Assembly (NCBI GenBank): GCA_907165135.1
Contig: OU015568.1
Location: 10,044,001-10,108,000 of the forward strand
Source: Oikopleura dioica
Taxonomy: Eukaryota > Animalia > Chordata
DNA length: 64,000 bases
Direction: 5' to 3'
Of the stretch, positions 59,961 to 64,000 are shown in pieces. How positions within the stretch are numbered: the first letter of the stretch is position 1; each line of letters begins with the position of its first letter. Under the pieces are notes generated by a model. The model did not search any database. It was not told the origin of the DNA and worked only from the letters and a program-made list of their open reading frames with translations. A program made the position numbers and the translations under genes.

Positions 59961-60359
59961 AGCAAAGAAGCGAAAAAAGGAAAAGGAGAAACAGAGCCAG
60001 AAATCAAAAAAACTTGAGCAAAAAGAGAAAAAACTCCTCAAAAAAGAGATTCAGAGAAATAAAAGCAGCGGCGAGCCGGAGAAAAGAGAAAATCTCTCCC
60101 GGAGAAAAAACTGAAGCCTCTCAGGCCGTTAAAAGCTGCAAAATTTTTTATTCTTCACCAAAATTTCAAAAAAAAAAGTTTCTTTGCAAAAAATTCCTCC
60201 CAAAATTTTATTTGAGCTGCTTTCTTTATAAATTAGGTCTCGTGTAAATTAACAAAAAGGATTCTTTAAGCTGCAAAAACACTCAAGCTGCCATAAAACG
60301 AAAAAATTACTTTTGCCCTAGACAAAATCCTAAAGATTTTTACTTTCTAGACCGAAATT

Positions 60360-62840
60360 ATGAGCAGCAAAGATAGCAGCAAGCAGCCAAAATCCATCCT
60401 CAAGAAGGCAAGGGGCGACCCGGAGGAGGAAATCGACGAAGAACAAGGCAAGATCTTCAAACAGCATCGAGCGAAGGTGGTCCAGCAGTTCACAGCGCTG
60501 ACAGAGAGGCTCGTAGAAGGAACAGGGTTTAAAATGAAAAAGAAAAAACTAAAAGAATAATATATCCTTTTAAAATAAAAGGCTTTAAAACCCTCCAAAA
60601 AGGTCTCGTGCGCGACAGCGTCAGCCTCTCGCTCCAGCAGCACATGGATGCGATCACCAAAGCTTCGGTGATCCTGTCGAAGATGGTCAGAGACTCCTAC
60701 GAAGACCTGGAGGAAGAACACCACCACCTCACCCCAGAAGCCCTCTTCTACTCGGCCATGAACGTCACCAGAGGCCATGTGGACATTCCATGGATCATCA
60801 GCCTCGTCTACCTCGAAGAAAACGAAGAGGAAGAAGCAGCCATGCCCCGCTATTGGGAAAAAATCGCCGACGTCAGGGCCAGACGGGACTTCGTCTTCTT
60901 GCAAGACAAGCCGCTCTCCAAGGACGAAAGAAGAGAGGCAAGAAGATCCAACAGAAAGCAGCTGATGAGGGAAAAAGGCTGGGAGTACGCGAAAGCGAAC
61001 TCATACGCAGTCAAGTACCTCCTCAACCTGCCAGAGGACAAGGCGACCCAAACCACAGCAGCTCAGCATCAGCAGCAGGCCTGCCAAACAGACTCAGGAA
61101 AGGCTTATCCACGTTAAAAGATAAAATAGGCTCAAAAAACTGAAATCTGACTTGCTCGAAAAACAAAGGATAAACCTTAAAAAGAAGAGAAAGCAGCGCA
61201 AACGGAAGCTGAGTCAGCAAAGCCAGCGAACCAAAAAGCTGAAGAAGAGGACAGCAGCGGCGTCGACACTCTCCACGACGGGGAGACCACCGAGGGCGAC
61301 GGAGATGTCTCCAGCAGCGAAGAGGAGGAATCCTACAATGCCCAGTCAGGAAAGGATCAAAGGAAAAACGCTTTCGAAATAAATTAGAAACATCCTTTAA
61401 TCCTCAACAAAAGACATCCGACAATTCGACGCCCCAGTGGCCTACGACCCAGAGCTACTCAGACCAGCTTCAGAGGCCAGCAGCAGCGAGGAAGCTTCGG
61501 AGGACGACGAGGACATCGAAGGAAAGGGGTAGAAACAAACTTGAAGCAAAAATTAAAAGTCTGAACTCTCAATTTGAAACAGAAATCCTTTCCTCAAAAA
61601 TTTCAATATAGAAATAAAAGCTCAAGTAATTTAACCCCTCGGATCAGAGCCCAAACCAGAGGGTTTTATCGGCGAAAAAGAGCAGCCAAAGAAGTCCGAT
61701 TCGTCCAGCTTCCGAGAAAAAATCCAGCTTCGACGAAAGATGAATCGAGTCAACCGACGAAGCGGCCTACATGAAGAAAGCCTCCAGAACCTGCTCGAAA
61801 GCCAGGCAGCCGAAGCCCAACGCCGCCAAGAAGCCATCAACCGCCAGCGGCGAGAGGAGCAGGAAAGAAAGCAGCGCCAGGAGTTCCTGAAGCAGAAGGA
61901 AGAAGCCGAGAAGCAGGAACTCGAGCGGAAGCTGGAAGAGGCAAGAAAGGAAAAGGCGAAGTTGGAAGCGAAAGCAGCAGCGCGGCGCCAAGTGGAAGAA
62001 AACACAAGAATCCGCCAGGAATACTTCGCGCAGAAAGAACGAGAAGAACGAGAGGCCAAGCGACGCCTGGAGACTCAACAGAAGCTGCTCGAAAAAGCCG
62101 ACAAAGCCGCAGAAGCCGCCACCGGAGAAGACAAGCCACTCAGATCCCCTCGCATCAGCATCTTCCAAGTGGCCGAAACCGGAGAGCGTGGAAACTACTA
62201 CTACCTCACAAAGAAACAAGGAAAGGGAAAAACTTTAAAACTCTAAATTATAAAGAAAGACTAATAGCCTCCAAAAACAATAAAGTTTAACCCTTGAAAA
62301 AGCCAAGCTCATGGACAAAGCCGCCATTCGAGAAGCACTCAACCATCGACGAAGCGAAAACGACAAGCTCAGCGCGGAAGAGCGACAAGCAGCAAAGGAA
62401 GCCTGGTTCAGCAGCCTCAGCTTCGAGAAGTTCTCCAACTCGCAGAAGCCTGACCACAAGTTCGCCAAGTACCACCGACCAAGCGGCTGGCGAATCAAGG
62501 ACGAGCCACCCTTCAACGCCTCCAGCCTCATCCGCAAGCACGAGATCCGGATGTGCCATTATATCTTTGAATTCGTCAATTATCGAGGCATCAAGCGGCG
62601 ATTCAAAGAAGCTTACGGTAAGTCAACAAGCCTTGGAAATTTCCTCAGAAATAACACTTAATTTTAGATGCCGGCCTCATCGACCCTCAGCGTCTGGACA
62701 TCCTCATGGTCTTCACGATGAAGATCGTCGGCGGGAAGCTAGTCAAGTTCATCCGCCACATGTTCGTCCGATGCTTCCACGACCACAACATCCAGCTGCC
62801 AGGCATCAACATCGAAGCAGCACCATCAGCCGACTACTAA
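60360..62840 (+). CDS. Orphan gene B (662 aa; acidic middle, long charged coiled coil, globular C-terminus)
   Basis: Seven exons: 60360-60519, 60603-61097, 61185-61349, 61414-61521, 61648-62220, 62303-62617 and 62668-62840. They give one uninterrupted 1989-nt frame using five GA-AG introns and one GT-AG intron, all phase 1. Confidence 0.85.
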
Positions 62841-63130
62841 AGCAGCCAAAGCAGCAAAAGCATCTACAGACAGAAATTGTCTACTTTCTGAAATCTGCCT
62901 CAGATTTTTAGCATCCTTTTTATCCTTTACTCATTGAAAAAAAAAAAACTCTTTTCCTTTCATTGGCAAAAGCCAGCTGTTCCAGAATAAATAAGCAAGT
63001 CTCACTAGAAGACAAATGCCTTTTCTTTTCCAAAAAAAAAAAGAAATATAATAATAAGCAGCTTTATTACAAAACAAAGTTTCAAGAAGCAGTAATTTTA
63101 GAAGCCGAATAACGTACCCTAGTTTCGGAA

Positions 63131-64000
63131 ATGGAAGCAGCAAAGGACTCAGAAGCAGCTGAGTTTCAAATGCCTTCAGCTTCAGGAAAAGGCTACTTAG
63201 CATCGGTTATAATAGAATCCTTTATAGGAGATAATTTTGAAATTAGGACTGATTCTAGTTTTTGCATTTCATCAGTTTCTTCAAAACCCGAGCGGCAAAA
63301 CTCAAAAGAGACCCAACCTCATAAAACTTCGGGTTATGATTTTTTTTTTTTTTTGATAGAAAAGGAAAATATAATAAACAAAGCCTCAAACTTAGAAGAA
63401 TCTCTTGACAGCAATGCCTCCATTGGTTCCGATAAAGACCTCGAAGCAACCAATGATGAGCCCCCTCTTGAGGCTCACGTCGCGGACACGACAGCCAGGA
63501 AATCCAGCCTCAAGCTAGAAATCCTCAAAAGTCTGGTCTGGGACATTCAAAATAGCCTCAACACAAATGCTGCGGTACCACCCAAAAGAATCGCTTGCTA
63601 CGGTGACACAGTGGCAGAAAAAATGACAAATCTAGTCAAAGAAGCCACCAAAATAATTTCCGAGTCTCAAGAAGCATCGAATCAGGTGCGAAAAATCCTG
63701 GCCCAAATGGAAGAAGAAGATACCGAAGCAGCTGAAACGATAGAAGCCTTCCAAACAATAGCGATCATCTCGCACAGCATCTCAATTAAGATAAATCGCC
63801 GACTCGCTTCAACAAACAAAATCGAAATCGAAGAAGGCCAAAGCATGCTGCAGAATAAGGTGCGGCCGGTGGTAGAAAACCTGATGAAGCAAGTCCACAA
63901 GTCTCAAGTCTTCTGCTCGAAGGAGCTAGTATTCTGGGCAAAAATGATGGAGCCCACGGAACAAGATTCAGTCGACAAAGAAGAATTCATCAAACTGGAA
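63131..64000 (+). CDS. Orphan gene C (partial; runs off the window)
   Basis: Exon 63131-63185 (MEAAKDSEAAEFQMPSAS), GA-AG intron 63186-63383, then a frame open to 64000 (ASNLEESLDS...LKLEILKSLVWDIQNSL...EEFIKLE). Confidence 0.72.
   Translation, partial: MEAAKDSEAAEFQMPSASGKGYLASVIIESFIGDNFEIRTDSSFCISSVSSKPERQNSKETQPHKTSGYDFFFFLIEKENIINKASNLEESLDSNASIGSDKDLEATNDEPPLEAHVADTTARKSSLKLEILKSLVWDIQNSLNTNAAVPPKRIACYGDTVAEKMTNLVKEATKIISESQEASNQVRKILAQMEEEDTEAAETIEAFQTIAIISHSISIKINRRLASTNKIEIEEGQSMLQNKVRPVVENLMKQVHKSQVFCSKELVFWAKMMEPTEQDSVDKEEFIKLE

Noticed and set aside
63107-63123. 12-bp match (GAATAACGTACC) to the left end of the 40683 element
   Set aside because: No further similarity and no partner TIR; better explained as a 3' splice or trans-splice site.
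1-64000. SL RNA, 5S rRNA, snRNA or intact tRNA genes; autonomous transposase or reverse transcriptase; viral or Polinton hallmark genes in the 56-64 kb block
   Set aside because: None was recognised by eye. The orphan genes are spliced and show no integrase, polymerase, capsid or terminal repeats, although a covariance-model and profile search would be needed to exclude them.

Overview
Compact, AT-rich animal (chordate) genomic DNA. It is almost certainly an appendicularian tunicate, Oikopleura dioica or a close relative; this is inferred from 40-50 nt introns, tightly packed same-strand genes with trans-splice-like acceptors, and frequent GA-AG introns. All exon models were spliced by hand. 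Recognisable genes: a galactose-3-O-sulfotransferase, an RFWD3-type RING gene, a divergent E2, a ZCCHC24-like 3CxxC zinc finger with a membrane tail, CFAP74, a Cys-rich type I membrane protein, DHDH, KATNB1, Aurora kinase, a VWA-collagen-VWA matrix protein, ovo, an Sp/buttonhead-like zinc finger, an S100-like EF-hand protein, RPS21 and OXNAD1. Mobile DNA comprises at least seven non-autonomous DNA elements (three with perfect 8-bp TSDs, several nested) and a Ty3/gypsy relic. Three observations stand out. (1) About 14 GA-AG introns share the donor AG|GAA(A/C)RG; six are fixed by homology in conserved genes. They become the dominant intron type in a T-poor, A-rich block of three orphan genes (56.4-64 kb), where the 3' splice sites also carry their own TAA(A)C-CCT-AAAAG signature. 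(2) An 82-aa two-exon protein closely resembles vertebrate S100A10, although S100 proteins are generally considered vertebrate-specific. (3) hAT-type MITEs have twice inserted into the terminal bases of another element. Several single-base deletions in homopolymers suggest residual long-read errors, so the frameshifts are not taken as proof of pseudogenes.
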